From Rozella allomycis CSF55 (lineage: Eukaryota), in NCBI GenBank assembly GCA_000442015.1, contig KE560931.1, forward strand, positions 1 to 62,177: a stretch of 62,177 nt of DNA, read 5' to 3'. Both the position numbers and the translations under genes were made by a program. This document shows, piece after piece, positions 37,601 to 50,887 of this stretch; the stretch's first letter is position 1, and every line of letters starts with the position of its first letter. The notes beneath the pieces are model-generated. The model was not told the origin of the DNA, did no database searches, and saw only the letters and a list, made by a program, of their open reading frames with translations.

Positions 37601-40305
37601 GATAGGATGCGTTTTTAAAGTTGAGGGAGCAGACAAAGTGTTTTTTGACGAGTCCTGAAGATTTGCCGACTGGATTGAGAATTATTAATGATACGAATCT
37701 AGGTAATTCTAATGTAGGAATAATCATTTAAGGGTATTTTGCTAATCCACAGAAAGCTGAGTTCTTTACATTGAAAGGGATATTCTTGTCTAAAATGAAT
37801 ATTCACGATGAAGCCAACAAAGTAATTCCAATTTTGAATATCTAATAAAGGTGTTTCAACAAGCTGTTCATATTGATATGAATTTGCCAGTTGGTTGGGC
37901 AGCATGGGGTCACTTCAACGATCAAAGGTACCATCATTAATCCTTTCCTCCAAATATAGATTCCAAGCAACAAAGGACATTGCATTCTGTGCCAACGCCG
38001 TCAACTGTTACCTCCAAGCAGCGAACATTTACCGAAACTACCGTTCCAAAAAGTATCTCGGGCGGTCACTTTGGCTGCTGTCAATAGACGATTCAACTGG
38101 CTCAACGATGAAGAGTTTCGAGCTGCACAGCAATGATATTCCTGCGTGGCAGTGGATCCATTTTATTCCGCAGTTGCTGAATTCTTTGGCCAGAAAGGAG
38201 GCAAAGCAGGTGAGGTGTTTTTTGTTGGTTGAGTAGGTGAGGACTATATTGTTGAAGATTGCGAAAACGTTTCCGCAGGCTGTTTATTTTAATTTGAGGA
38301 CTATTAATGAAGAGTTTTTGCAGTTGAAGGATGAAGAGGTTGGTGGGAGTGAAGGTGATGATGGAAAGGAGTGTGTTGGGAATACAGGGAATACTGGGAA
38401 TAATGGGAAAGATAATACAGTGAATAATGGTGCTACTAGTTCTAATACTTCTACAACTATGTCAGCTAATAATAATCTTTCAATATCTACTTCTACCACG
38501 TTGAATGCTACTCCAGCTACACCAGTTATTGAAGGATTGAATATTCAACCAACATCAATATTAATGCAGAATCCAATACCAACAACACCAATAACAAATA
38601 ACAATGAAACAAGAAAGAAACATCCATGGGAATTAACAGAAGAATTAATGGCAGTTATAAAGACTGGATATTCATTACTAGCGCTTTCAATGGAATCAAT
38701 GGTTGATCATATAATGCAAAGATTGAGGGCAACACCAGATGAAGATTTCTACAGAATAATTATTACCTTGCTATTTGAAAGTTATCAAGTAAATAATCTA
38801 ATTAAGATTGATGAATAGCAATTTAATGCAAAGATTGAAACAAATTTGATTGAAAATAGTTTAATTAAAGTTAGTGAAATGATTTCATCCAGTCAACATC
38901 CAAATCATCATTTCAAGAAAGAATTTGATCAAGATTTTATAAAGAATAGTCCAAATTTGATTCAAACTATTGATAAGTTATTAGAATGGAAGTTTAAATT
39001 GGAACCTTTAATAAAGAAACTGCCAAAAGTTTTGCATTTGGAGAACTTTAGTAGATATCTAGTAGAATTTGAACATCAGAAATACGATGATGTTGAAGTG
39101 CCTGGCCAATATTTACTTGATTTTGAATCTAATAATGAATTCATTAAAATAAAAAGATTTGAACCTCAAATTGATATAATAAAGAGACATGGAACTTGTT
39201 TAAGAAGAATTTACATTAGAGGCCACGACGGTTCTTTATCGCCTTTTGTTATTCAAAATCCAGCTGCTAGGCATTCAAGAAGAGAAGAAAGAGTTTTGCA
39301 ATTGTTTAGAATGTTTAATCAATTAATTCAAAGAAGAAAAGAAACTAGGCAACGCAATTTATCTTTTAATATGCCCTTGATCATTCCTCTATCTATCCAT
39401 GGGAGAATAGTTCAAGATGATCCATTCAATGTTTCTCTTTCTGATATCTACAATTCACACTGTGATTCTATTTCTATTAACCCTGATGATCCTCTAATCT
39501 TTTACAGAAACCAAATCAACCAATTCAATCTTTCTAAATCTTCTCCTGAATTGCTCAACGTCAAATTAGATTTATTCGACAAGATCCAAGCGTTCATCCC
39601 TGACAATATTCTTTCAAACTATTTCATTAATTCTTGTGCCACATTTGATGATTTCTGGATTCTCAGAAAACAATTCACGCTCAATTATGCAACGTTGACT
39701 TTTATCACTTACATTATGAGCATTGGCCATAGATTTCCTTTTAAGATTTTCATTTCAAGAAAAACTGGCAATGTTACATTCTCTGATCTTGTTCCTGGTA
39801 ACTATACATTTCTCCTGTAATCTTAGCGTTGAATGCTGTTGGCCAATTCACTTTAACTGAGCCTGTTCCATTCAGACTCTCTCCAAACATCCAAACATTC
39901 ATCACAACAATCGGCCTCGAAGGCGTCTTTTCATCAGCACTAGTGTCCATCGCCCGCTCCCTATCCGAGCCGCAGGTAACACAACTCTCCAATCCAACCT
40001 AGTTTGAAATGGAAGACTACTTATCGCTGTTCATGCGCGACGAGCTGTACGCATGGTACCTGTCCGCACAAAAGAACACGCACGAGGCGATTGTCATCCC
40101 TGAAAACGAGTTTAAGAGCAGAGTTGCGCAGAATGTCGAGCTGGTTCTAAAGAGGACGCAGACTTTGGCGTGTGTAAAGGAGAGGGAGACGCCTATTGCT
40201 CACCAGACTGTGCCTGTGAACCAGACTATTATTGATCTCGTGTCGTGTGCTGTTAATCCGCAGAAATTGTGTCAGATGGATATGCATTGGCATCCTTGGT
40301 TATAA
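28644..40305 (+). CDS. TRA1: TRA1/TRRAP PIKK pseudokinase (SAGA/NuA4 scaffold), multi-exon; first intron 28681-28708 is GC-AG
   Basis: [40 protein letters not shown] domain, [23 protein letters not shown] ending WHPWL. Confidence 0.96.
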
Positions 40306-40368
40306 TAAATTATTTTTAGTGTGTGATTATTTTTAGTGTTTAAGGTGACTATTTAGGGGTGTGAGATC

Positions 40369-40689
40369 TTTAGTGCGAAAGGAAAGTCGCATTTAAACTC
40401 GACACTGGAGCCTCATGCTCACAGGTTAACAGTCACTTAGCTAAAGTAATCGGCGTGAAAAGCCATCCCAAGCTTCTTATAATTTCCCAGACAGGAGATG
40501 GATCCGTTAAGTGCGACTATTTGGGACTATTTGGGTATGGTGAATGTGGAACTGAAGGGTATTAGCTCGCCATTGGTTATGAGAATAGCGCCGAATCAAC
40601 CTAATGTGCTTGGATTGGATGCGGTGTTTCGGTTTGGAATCGTGATTGATCCGGTTAAAGGGTCGTATACTCAAGACCGGTCCCGCTGA
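40369..40689 (+). pseudogene. Retropepsin-like aspartic protease remnant
   Basis: FKLDTGASCS...LAKVIGV and NVLGLDAVFRFGIVID; frame broken by a 10-bp tandem duplication GACTATTTGG (40515-40534). Confidence 0.6.
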
Positions 40690-41089
40690 AGGATGAAGAG
40701 CATATGTTTGACTTTATTGATTTTAAAAGATACATGTCGAGGATGGGTATCACGGACGAAGATTTGATTCCGGTGGATGATTTGCCGGATCCAAATGTTG
40801 CTTATTATAATCTCTTGAAGGCGGGAAATGCAAATGCAGCGATACATTTACTTTAATGCAAGAATTTGTTATGTCAACTAGCCTCTTAGACTCCTCATAA
40901 TTAAATTTATACTATGTGTTTAACTTTACTGTGTCTTTGTAGAGTGTTTCGTTTTTAATATTACGCGGTTATCCTTTAAAAAGATTGAATTAATTAAATT
41001 AATTTCGTTGACATATAAGAGATCACAAAGTTTTTCACAAATGGAATCAGAATAATGTCAAACAAGTTGTATGCAAATAGAGATATTTA

Positions 41090-41670
41090 TTATCGACGCC
41101 ATTGGCCATTGACTAGATAGCCAGCAAAATTAAAGGCTTCCAACAACTTTGCTTTTCATGTGTCCTTGTCGTATTCCCGAGATATAAAGATCACCCCACC
41201 TCTGAACCATGTTATAGGCTTTAGTTCCAGGGGCACTATGATTTTATTTATACTTTGCTTTACTTTTTATTATCACGCGACTAATTGTTGCCTCAACAAA
41301 GTAATAGTGCCTGTTAAAAAGGAACATTTTTGATCCTCGTGTCGAAATTATAGATATCTTTTAGACCCACAGTCACTTCTATCTTCACAACTTCGAAACT
41401 AACATCCTGTCTTCGACACTTAACATATTCGCGAGTCATATTTAAATGTGGTGATAGCGAGAGCATAATTTGGTTTTTTTGAGCCCCTTTGGATTTTGTC
41501 TGGACATATACATTGAAAGCAACCAGTTAAACTTCCATTTATCACCAATTCATAAACATTTCGATATACAGTATCAAAAACTTTGATTATCGATAGGTAT
41601 GAAACTTGAATGATATCAAAGCAAGATGGTATTGGATAAAAATATGGATTATTATGAACAATCTTCATGG
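41090..41670 (-). pseudogene. Degraded copy of the 3' half of secreted family member C
   Basis: TGCFQCICPDKIQR, DIYNFDTR and AKLLEA match 26180-26600 at protein and DNA level, with frameshifts and stops. Confidence 0.8.
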
Positions 41671-41863
41671 TAGTGTCAGGAACGCCAATTCAACAGGCCG
41701 TCACGGGTATGGAAATCCATAAGAGCGTCAATTAAACATGATTTCATCACAATTTTATCAGTTAAGAAGTTGAATACTTGATTTCTAAAAAGACTATCGT
41801 AACTTGTTATTTCTTGTTAAATTATTGGCTTTATTTATATCGTACCCGGTTACTACATTTCAT

Positions 41864-42437
41864 TTACTCTTCATCACCGTCCATCCAACTCTCCTCTACA
41901 ATCTCCTTTACCCTTCTATAATACTCTTTCCTGTTTTCTTGATAGAGCTGTGCAGCCTCTGCATTAGCTGGACTATTAGGATTAGGATCATTCAACAGCG
42001 ACTATCCTTCCGAAAGCAACATTATACCTGTATACTTGTCAGCACAGCACTCACATCATATGTCGGGCTCCATCTGTTCTGTAAAATATCCAAACAAAGC
42101 TGGCCATTCACATACACTGTAAATTGGTTTTATATAATTTACCATTCGGATGAAACATTTTGGAAACAAATTTTACATTCGGAGCCTTGGTAGGATATTC
42201 TTCGTCAAATATCAACTCTAATTTGAAGGTGCCGTCTTCAAAAGGCGTGTCTTCGGGTCTGTCTTGCATGGGATTTGGTGGTTACCCGATTATCAATGCA
42301 TCCCAGGTTAGCAGGTTGTCGGGCCGTGGCGTACCCGTTATTCCAGTGGGAGCGTCTTGCTGGATTCTGGTGGAATGGTAAAGTTTGGCTTACCGTTTGA
42401 AGTCACGCATTAGGCGGCGTCTGGCTTGTGTAGACAT
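41864..42437 (-). CDS. RAD6: Ubiquitin-conjugating enzyme RAD6/UBC2 (5 exons)
   Basis: [67 protein letters not shown]. Confidence 0.95.
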
Positions 42438-42542
42438 CTTTTTGTGGCGAGGTTACAAAATGCGAGTTCCAAGGAAAGCTGGTAGATTTATTGATATTTT
42501 AATGTTACATATTTGTTATGCGTTGATACAAAATTTATTAAT

Positions 42543-44024
42543 TTAGTAGCCGTATTTTTCATTCAAATGCGTCCTCCCGTCGCCCTTTTGATCAGCTGGC
42601 GGTTGCCATTTTTCTTCATGAGGAATCACCTTATTTCCTATCTCATCTTGATCGGAAAGCGTTTGAGGAGATGCTGATTTTATTTGAATGGTCTGTGGAC
42701 TGGGCAAAGTTGATTGGGGTTTTGTAACTGAGTACTCTTTTTTATTAGTCTTAGGCTCTGACTTTTGTTTCTTTTCAGCACCGCTTATGACATCATCCTG
42801 ATGGTCTGAGCCTTCAATTTTCCTCTTGGTTGGATTTTCAGCTATTTGTTTAACCGTCTGAGTTAAAAATTCAAAGGAACCTGCCGGTTTGGCGATCTTG
42901 ATAAGCTTTTCAAGCCTAGCTTTTTCCTTTTTAACATTTGTATAATAATTACCTTTAAGAGTTCTTCAATTTGTAAATTTTTGATATCATAATCTTCCTC
43001 TTTAATCTTCTTGTTTATTGAATTCATGTATGCATCCAAATCATCTTCTTCTTGCACAATATTGACTAGAATTAATAGAATAAAAGTTTACCTTCAAAGT
43101 CATTCTTGTCTTTTTCAAGTTCAGCTATACTCTTTACAACATGAGCTAACTTTTTGGTCAAAGAGTCAAAAGTTTCCACGGAACTTTCTTTTTCTTCATA
43201 TTTTTTATCTATTTAAATTAACTCTTCAGTTTACTTGTAGCGGTTCTATCAAAGTATTCGTCGTTTCCATCTTCGTCATCAGATTTTTCCCTTTCAATCA
43301 TTTCAACTACAAATTGATAACCTAAAATGCTTTTACCCGGTGCTTCAATCATCCCTTGTTCATCAAGTTGGGCTAGTGCATCCAATGTAGCGGCCTTGCG
43401 GGCTTCAGGTTTCGTTTTTTCACACCCCTTTCCAACTATTTTAAAGGGAGGCTCATCTAACGGTAATTCTATTTCACACAAGAAACTATCCTCCTTTTTG
43501 GAAAAAGAAAAGTTGGCTTCAACTCCGCATTGCTCTGTCCAGTCAGACAAAAATTCTATTGGATTCTCTTCATACCTTTTTCTTGGAGTCTTCACATTCT
43601 CTTGTCTGCTTTCAGGCTCAGGACCGTGAACAATAAATGAGCGAGTGCTTGCACCGAATTTCAGTATAAAGCCTGGATTCAACTTAATGTACGTTCCAGA
43701 CTGTATTTTCTCCTTGTTTAGGAAGGTACCATGCGCTGAACCCAGATCATAAACGAATAATTCATTCTTATCACTCTTAAATTGCAAAACTGCGTGGTAT
43801 CGTGAAACTGAGGCATGCTCCATTGACACATCACAGATTGGTAGTCTAGAATAATGAAATCTCCGTGTGTTTTACCGTCCAACAGTCAGAAATGATTTTC
43901 CAAGTTTGGACAAGTCAAAAATATCTAATACTGATCCTTGTTTGATTATTTCTAATTTCCATCCGTCGCAAATAGGCTCTTTGCTCCATTCTGGCTCTTT
44001 ATATTGTAAAACTGGCTCTTGCAT
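42543..44024 (-). CDS. Kanadaptin/SLC4A1AP-like FHA-domain protein (spliced)
   Basis: YKEPEWS, GRLPICDVSMEHASVSRYHAVLQF, DLGSAHGTFLN, dsRBD-like segment, C-terminal WQPPADQKGDGRTHLNEKYGY. Confidence 0.88.
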
Positions 44025-44046
44025 TATTTCTGAAATTTCACAACCT

Positions 44047-45416
44047 ATGGATCTTTGGGTTTTTCAAATAGGACAGTGTGGTAATAATCTGGGTCAAGAG
44101 CTATTCAGCACTGTCTTTAATTACGCAGAAAACATAATGAAATCAAATCCATGTAAAAAGAGAACACGATTTGTGAAAGAAACGCTAGATATCTTTTTCG
44201 AAATGGATTTAAGAACGATGAGTAATGGAATATTTGATTTTATAAAGAGCCGATTGCAAAAGCGTTTTGCATTGATACAGAACAGAAAGTTGTTAAATCT
44301 TTGGCTAAACAGAGGTCTTGGAGTTACAGCGATAGGCGGAAAGTTACGTTAAAATCTGGGGCCGCCAATAATTGGGCATATGGGTAAGATATTGTAAATA
44401 AAAATAAAGCTATTTTAAACTAGCCCACAAAGCAATTGATATGCTTGATCAAGAATTCGTACGTCTCAAGAAACGTAATAAAAGACTTACATTTTTAGTC
44501 CTGTCTAGCTTATCTGGTGGCACTGGAAGCGGGATAGGGACCTACGTTACGGAAATTTTGAGACTTAGATTTCCTGGTGCTTTTATTATAAATCAAGTCA
44601 TTTGGCCGTTTTTGCATGGTGAAGTTGTCCTGCAGCATTACAATATTCTGCTTTCATTAAGCCATTTAAATAAGGTCTATTTTGATTTTCATTTTGATAT
44701 ATAGGCATCCGATTTGATTTTAATACACGAAAACGACGATTTAACAAATATTTGCAAGAAAAGGTTTCACATCGAGAATGTTACTTTTAAAGATATGAAT
44801 AAATGGGTCATTAGATGCTTAATGCAGGTTCTATTACCCGTCGAAAACTCCGATTGCGAAGAATTCAGACGAAAAGTCTATGGAAATACTCGAAAATGCT
44901 ATTTAATATATTCGGCGCCTCAAGTACGAATGTATTATCGAATCTGATTCAGATATCGGAAGATTTAAAATCATATTCCAATTTCGATTGGAAAAACGTA
45001 GCCAAAAATTGCATTCAAATGGCTTTAACGAAGTGCGCAACCGACGAGGGAATTTCTTGGTACCCATCTCAAAACTCAGTCCAAAATTATATGAATATGA
45101 TAATTATATTACGCGGTCCAAAGTCATTGGAAAATTCTGAAAATTTTCAAAGTTATTCGCCACACGTCATGTATAATGAAGTTGGGATGCCTCAATTTAA
45201 AGATATAAGTTGCACTTTACTTGTGTAATTGTCATTTTTTATTACAATAGAGATTCATCGGCGATTTTTAATTTATTGAGAACATTGATGGGAAAAGTTA
45301 TTTTGATGATGAACCATAACGCTTTCATTTTTCAATATGAAAAACATGGGTGTTCTAAAGAGCATATGCTTGCTTGTAAAGACTTTATCAGTAATTTGAT
45401 GAATTCATATCGGTGA
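44047..45416 (+). CDS. TUBD1: Delta-tubulin (spliced)
   Basis: QIGQCGN, IDTEQKV, GAANNWAYGY, SLSGGTGSG, IWPFLHGEVVLQHYNILLSLSHL, HEND. Confidence 0.85.
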
Positions 45417-45441
45417 AATAAAGTTTTGTAAATTTCTTGTT

Positions 45442-46363
45442 ATGATAAATTCTGTTGCCCATTACTTGGAGGCTATAAATCCAGTTATATCTAAAATACC
45501 AGATTTACAAACAGACAATGCATCATGGTAATTAATGAATATTTTTTGTATTGAAGGTACCTCGGTCCTAGGCAGCACGTCATTGAGTTTCTAATACATA
45601 CTATCCTTTTACTTGTAACTATCCCTTTTGTATTTGGTATTTCATTAAACAATTTTTAATAGGAAAACTACCAAAAATCCCTGATCATTTATTCAGCCAA
45701 AAACTTAGGTTTCGTTCCACGTCTCTTGGAATATTCTCATTATTACTTCTTGTTTATCACAAGTCGAACAACAATACTTTAATATTTTTAATGCAACCAT
45801 GTCATGTAAACTTGATCATATTAATGTGCATTACTTTAATGACAACGCCTATACGAACATATCTTTTCAATGTGTATCTGCACAATCAATGGGGAGTGTA
45901 ACTAATATTGTTTTGTATTTTAGAAGTTGGCTTGCGATATTTAACCCAGATCTCCGTAGTCACCATCAACCGCTGGAAACATTCAACTTCTTTTTCGAAC
46001 ACATTGTATTAGTTGTTTTGCCAATATACTGGATATACTCTAAAAAGATTACAGTGTGGAAGTTTTCATGGAAATTTGCTTTTCAGTCCTATTGGTGTTT
46101 TGCAATGTATCACGCTTGGATACTAGAACCACTAAGTTACATTTCTGCTCAGAACTTGAATTATATGATGGCACCACCTCCAGGTATTTCTAATTATCCA
46201 ACAGTACAACAAAGGGCCACTTAGATTGTTTGGAACTTATTATCGTAATGTTATGTTTATTGCGGGATTTATTTTGACTGTGTCCACTAGATTAATTGTT
46301 GAGTCCATCATGTTGGTCATAAAGTACTGCAATAAACAAAAGAAAATATACAAATTAATGTAA
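45442..46363 (+). CDS. TMEM164-family membrane protein (spliced)
   Basis: WYLGPRQHVIEF, FLMQPCHV, FFFEHIVLVVLP, NLNYMMAPP. Confidence 0.75.
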
Positions 46364-46589
46364 TAATATATGAAGTTTAGGATTTCTTACAATTGGAATA
46401 AACACAATAAAACGAAGTGGTTATAGGTAGACTTCTTTAATACTTTGTCTCTATTAATTATGCAGTTGAGAATATTCTAATTTATCCTGGACAATTGGAC
46501 CAAATACGATTCAGTGGATTCATAAGTTTTTGAAAGCAACAATTTTTCTAAATTTAGGGCAATTTCAAAGTGTGAAATTTGAAATTGAT

Positions 46590-48030
46590 ATGATATTGGC
46601 AGTTGTCCTTTATGATTCAAAAGGGTATGTATTTAAATTTTCTACAAAAATTTTAGTTTATTCTTAGGAAAGCGGACATTCGGGGGAAATTCATGCAATC
46701 TTGACGGTGGTCACTGTGTACTTAAATCTGAGTGCATTAAGAAAGTTGGGTCAACGGCTATTATCCAATATAATGGAATTAACTATATAGCACAAATATT
46801 AACAAACCATGAAGGTATGTATGGTCACTAGTCCAAAGGAGATAGTCCCTCCTGCTTTGATGATTGAATATCTTAAGAAATTTTTAATGGTTTGGGATTC
46901 TATGAAATTGGAATCTTTTGACCCTGTTTGTTTCTATCAGGTAGAGGGCTAATAATTGTTTCGAAAGGTTGTAAATGCGATATTTGATCAAGGTTATGCA
47001 CTACTGGCAAAATCTACGCAAGAAATTCAAAGAAATCTTGGTGAAGCATCATTGATGAAGTCGATATCTCATTACATGTAATTTTGCTCTCGTTATTAAA
47101 ATTTGAGACCCTTACCAAAGTTGAGCCAGTCAAAACTACATTGGAGACCGAATGGCATTACGTATCCTCAAAATGAAATATATTTTGACATTTATGAAGT
47201 TGTATTTACAACTTTAACTTTAAATGGGTATGCATATGTCTGTGTTTCAAAAGGCCCTCTATATCATCAATGGAACTCTGTACTGAAATTTGGTGTAATT
47301 CAAAATTGTCAGGAATGCCAGTTGTTTCTGTCTCCTTTAATAATCCCAATACAATAGTTAACTCCCGTCTTCACCAATGTGTAAAATTGAAAAAGTTTGA
47401 AACTGAGAAAATCCTTAACTTTGTCCCACCTGATGGAAATTTCAATCTTCTGAAGTTCGTGTAAGCAAATCTATTCTACAGGAAGTAAGTACAACTCCTG
47501 TTAATGTTCCCAAATTACCATTCCAAGTTGTTGCCAATTTAACTCGATATGAAAATAGCGTGGGTAAACTAATAGTCAAAGCAAAGTCAACCATTGCCAA
47601 CAAAAAGTTTGAATTTTTTAGAGTGAGGCTATGTTTGCCGGATCAAATCACAATTGGGCGTATCGAAACTAAAACTGGGAAATATGCAAGGAAAGAAAAA
47701 ATTGATGTAATATTTGCTGCGAAAACTTACACAGCAAAGTTATCTGGAATGGGAAGTAGTGGATTTATCTGATAAAGAATATTCATCGTTGAACATATAC
47801 GATATTGTCGGAGACCTAGAGAAATTAGTATCCATTGAAGTAGCATTTAGTTTAAAGCACTTTTCTTTATCCAACTTAAAGATATCTTCAGTTCAAGTGA
47901 CTGGAGAAAACTATAAAGTCACCAAGGTAAATCTCCCGGTTAGTAATAAGAGGGTGTGAAAAGTTCAGTTAAATCTGGGCATATAGAAGTCCGAATCTCA
48001 CATAATAGCAACAACAATAAAATTATTTAG
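46590..48030 (+). CDS. Adaptor complex mu subunit (AP-3 mu-like), spliced
   Basis: HWRPNGITYPQNEIYFDIYE, KLSGMP, LHQCVKL, FVPPDGNF, SNLKISSV, GHIEVR. Confidence 0.8.
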
Positions 48031-48068
48031 TTTGGATTTTTTTTTCTCTTAGCAACGCCATTCCAAAA

Positions 48069-48851
48069 ATGAAATACCCTATAGGTTTCAATAGTCCAAG
48101 ATACACCCAATCCAAGGATTTAGAGAAAGCATATAATAAGCATTGTGAGAGATTGAAAAGCATGGAAGCAAATGTCGATAATCATCCACCAAAGATTTAT
48201 GATCACCTGGTTAATAATGCGAAATCTGTAAAAACAACAAAAGGTAACGCCATTATCATTCCGAAATTGTAGCCCGCCAAGAAAAGATCCACAACGACAA
48301 TATGGTATCAAATTTAGTCGCACATTGACAAGGTTTTACTTAAGCGAATGAACCATCACTTTACCCGCAACAATTTAGGTATTTCTGCACCTCCATGGAG
48401 AATGAGCAGGAATACTTTTTCAGAACATCGGCTAAGACAAGTGAAACAAATAGAAAAGGACAATGAGGTACATTTACAGCATTTAATATAATTTCAGTTT
48501 GTTCTAAAGCGAATCAACGACAACTTCAAAGTCAGTTACTATTCCAAAGAGAAAATGGCAACTGAGGAAAAGAAGCGGGAAGAAGTCTTGCAGATAATGT
48601 CGCATTTCCGTGGAGTGCCTAGATCTATTCCTCCCACAAAGAAGAATTCTAAAAAGGAGAGTGAAGTTAAGAAAGATGAAGTAAAGGCCAAGGCTAGCGT
48701 CAACGCTATCAATAAAAGCAATAAGAGCGATCCGCCTAAAGGAAGAACAAACTATTACCATTCAAAGAAGCTCATTGTCGTAGATTCTCCATACACACCA
48801 ACTTATAATTACAAGAATGCAAAGAATAACATTCTGAAAATAAGCGTTTAA
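48069..48851 (+). CDS. CFAP97/KIAA1430-domain ciliary protein (spliced)
   Basis: YNKHCERLKSMEANVDNHPP...HL; repeated I-x-x-DN-x-x-LxR motifs. Confidence 0.6.
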
Positions 48852-49025
48852 ACGAGGCTCAATTAGCCAGTTTGAGTTTGAGAAAATAAAACGTTTTATA
48901 ATAACGTTATTTTATAGTTAATCAATTTCTTGAATAAAATAGCCGAATTTGAATCCTTTAGCGATTCAACTCGGTCTTTGAAATTTCTTTTGACCCTTAA
49001 CCCGGCATGATTGACCCTGGTAGCA

Positions 49026-50812
49026 ATGTTTTACTCTACAGATATTTTGTCGATGGGCAAGCAAGAGGGATTAACAACCATTTGGTAATAAGTATGTGAA
49101 TATACAACAGGCTTGCCGCCACCATAGGACCACGCTCACAAACCAAGAAACTCTCTAAAAAGGATCTGATAGGCGTTAATGTTGTCAATGCATGGTATTA
49201 TAACATTAAATGTATTATAGCGACTACTTGATTCATTTGCAGCAACCGGTAGCATTACGTTTAACAAGTTCCATGATGGTTGGTGTTTCCAGAGTCTATC
49301 AGCAGCAATACAATTTTTATTATAGTAAAGATATATGATTTGATGGAATAGATGACGTGCAGTCTATGTGGATGAAAGTTAAGCAGCACTCTATTGCAAC
49401 CAATACTGTTAATATTAATCTTGGAGCGAATCCAGTGTAAAACATAGTAATTAAGCTTATCTAGTGCGGATGTTATACCGATGGATGATTCGTTCATTCA
49501 AATGTGGAAGACATCAAATGAAGGTGATCGTATAGTCAATGATGTTTTGAATTGGGAGGCACATGTTCCATCGATTTCTCCAGAAGCACAAAGAAGACAT
49601 ATTGATCATGCAGTTCCTTCATCTACGGGTGTTTCAACACCAGTTAAGCCATTTAGAATGGAAACTCCTTCTATGAGTACTTTAAGTGGAGTACCAATGC
49701 CGTTTTCAAATGATTCATTTGATTGGGAGTAAATATTTGATCTCTTTTGTAATTAGAATGGATGAACTACAAATTGGTGGCTTGGAAGAACCTTTGAATA
49801 TATTTGACTTTCAAACTTTGGAGAAGGAAGAAAAGAAGGGAAAAAATTTGCTGTTCGAAGGGCTTGGTGACATTGATATGAAATGGGATGAAGATCAAAT
49901 CCCATCAATGAAAGCTGAAGTGCCAGAAGTGACCAACAAAAAGAAGAAACCACAAAAAAAGAAAAGAATTGACGAAGATGAAGAAACGCAATTGACAATG
50001 AGAAATTTAGCTGAAAACCAAGACAATTATCTCGCAAACATGAAGGCCAATTCGATACAAAGAAAGAAAATAAAGTTTTTAGAAAAAGAAAAGTACAATG
50101 TTCTTTTTCAGAGTCACGTTTTGAAAGATTTTTCTGTAGATTTACAAAATCTATGGAATTCAGAAATGTTAAGCAAGGGTGTTAAGGTTCATGAGATTCA
50201 GGATCCATTAATTATGGAAACTCCCAAGAGAAAAAAGAGAAAAGAAGAAATTGAAATTCAAGAAGATCAAAATTATGATCAAGTAGGATTTGACGAAACA
50301 ATTGAAATGGGAAGATTTGAAGAGGATTATTCAAATTCAAACCCAGTTGAAACTCCCTGGTTCTCTGATCGACATTCAAGTATTGCAACAAAATCTCTTT
50401 TACCTCCAAGCGTCAAAACTGAATCGTAATTAAATCTAACCAACTTTATAATAGAGTTAGGAACAGCGTCATTTCTTCAACCTCAAGGGCTCCTTCTTCT
50501 ATTCTAGATAAATACATTGCTGAGAATTCATTTTCTAACCTTGAATTGCCCAATGAATCCGAGAACTTTTTAGTGTAATAATTCATTAAAGTTGAAAAAT
50601 AGATTTGTAAAACAAAAATGTGATTTATATGGTAAAACTAAATTCATTGATATTTTGCCGTTAAAAGAAACATCCAAGACTGTTGCGGCTCTTGCTTTTT
50701 ATAAAGTCCTTGGTAAACCTTGCTTGGTTAATTAATTCTAGAACTTTCATCTAAGAATGTTATCAAGGCAAAAAATGTACACAATGACATTGAAATAACA
50801 CTTAACAAATAA
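49026..50812 (+). CDS. REC8: Rad21/Rec8 kleisin, Rec8-like (spliced)
   Basis: MFYSTDIL...TIWLAATIG...KKLSKKD...VNAC...ALRLTSSMMVGVSRVYQQQY; C-terminal winged helix AALAFYKVLEL. Confidence 0.75.
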
Positions 50813-50887
50813 ATTAGTTTTATGATTCACTCACAATAACTTGAAAGTATTGGACAAGATATTGATAATTTAGTGAATAATTATTTA

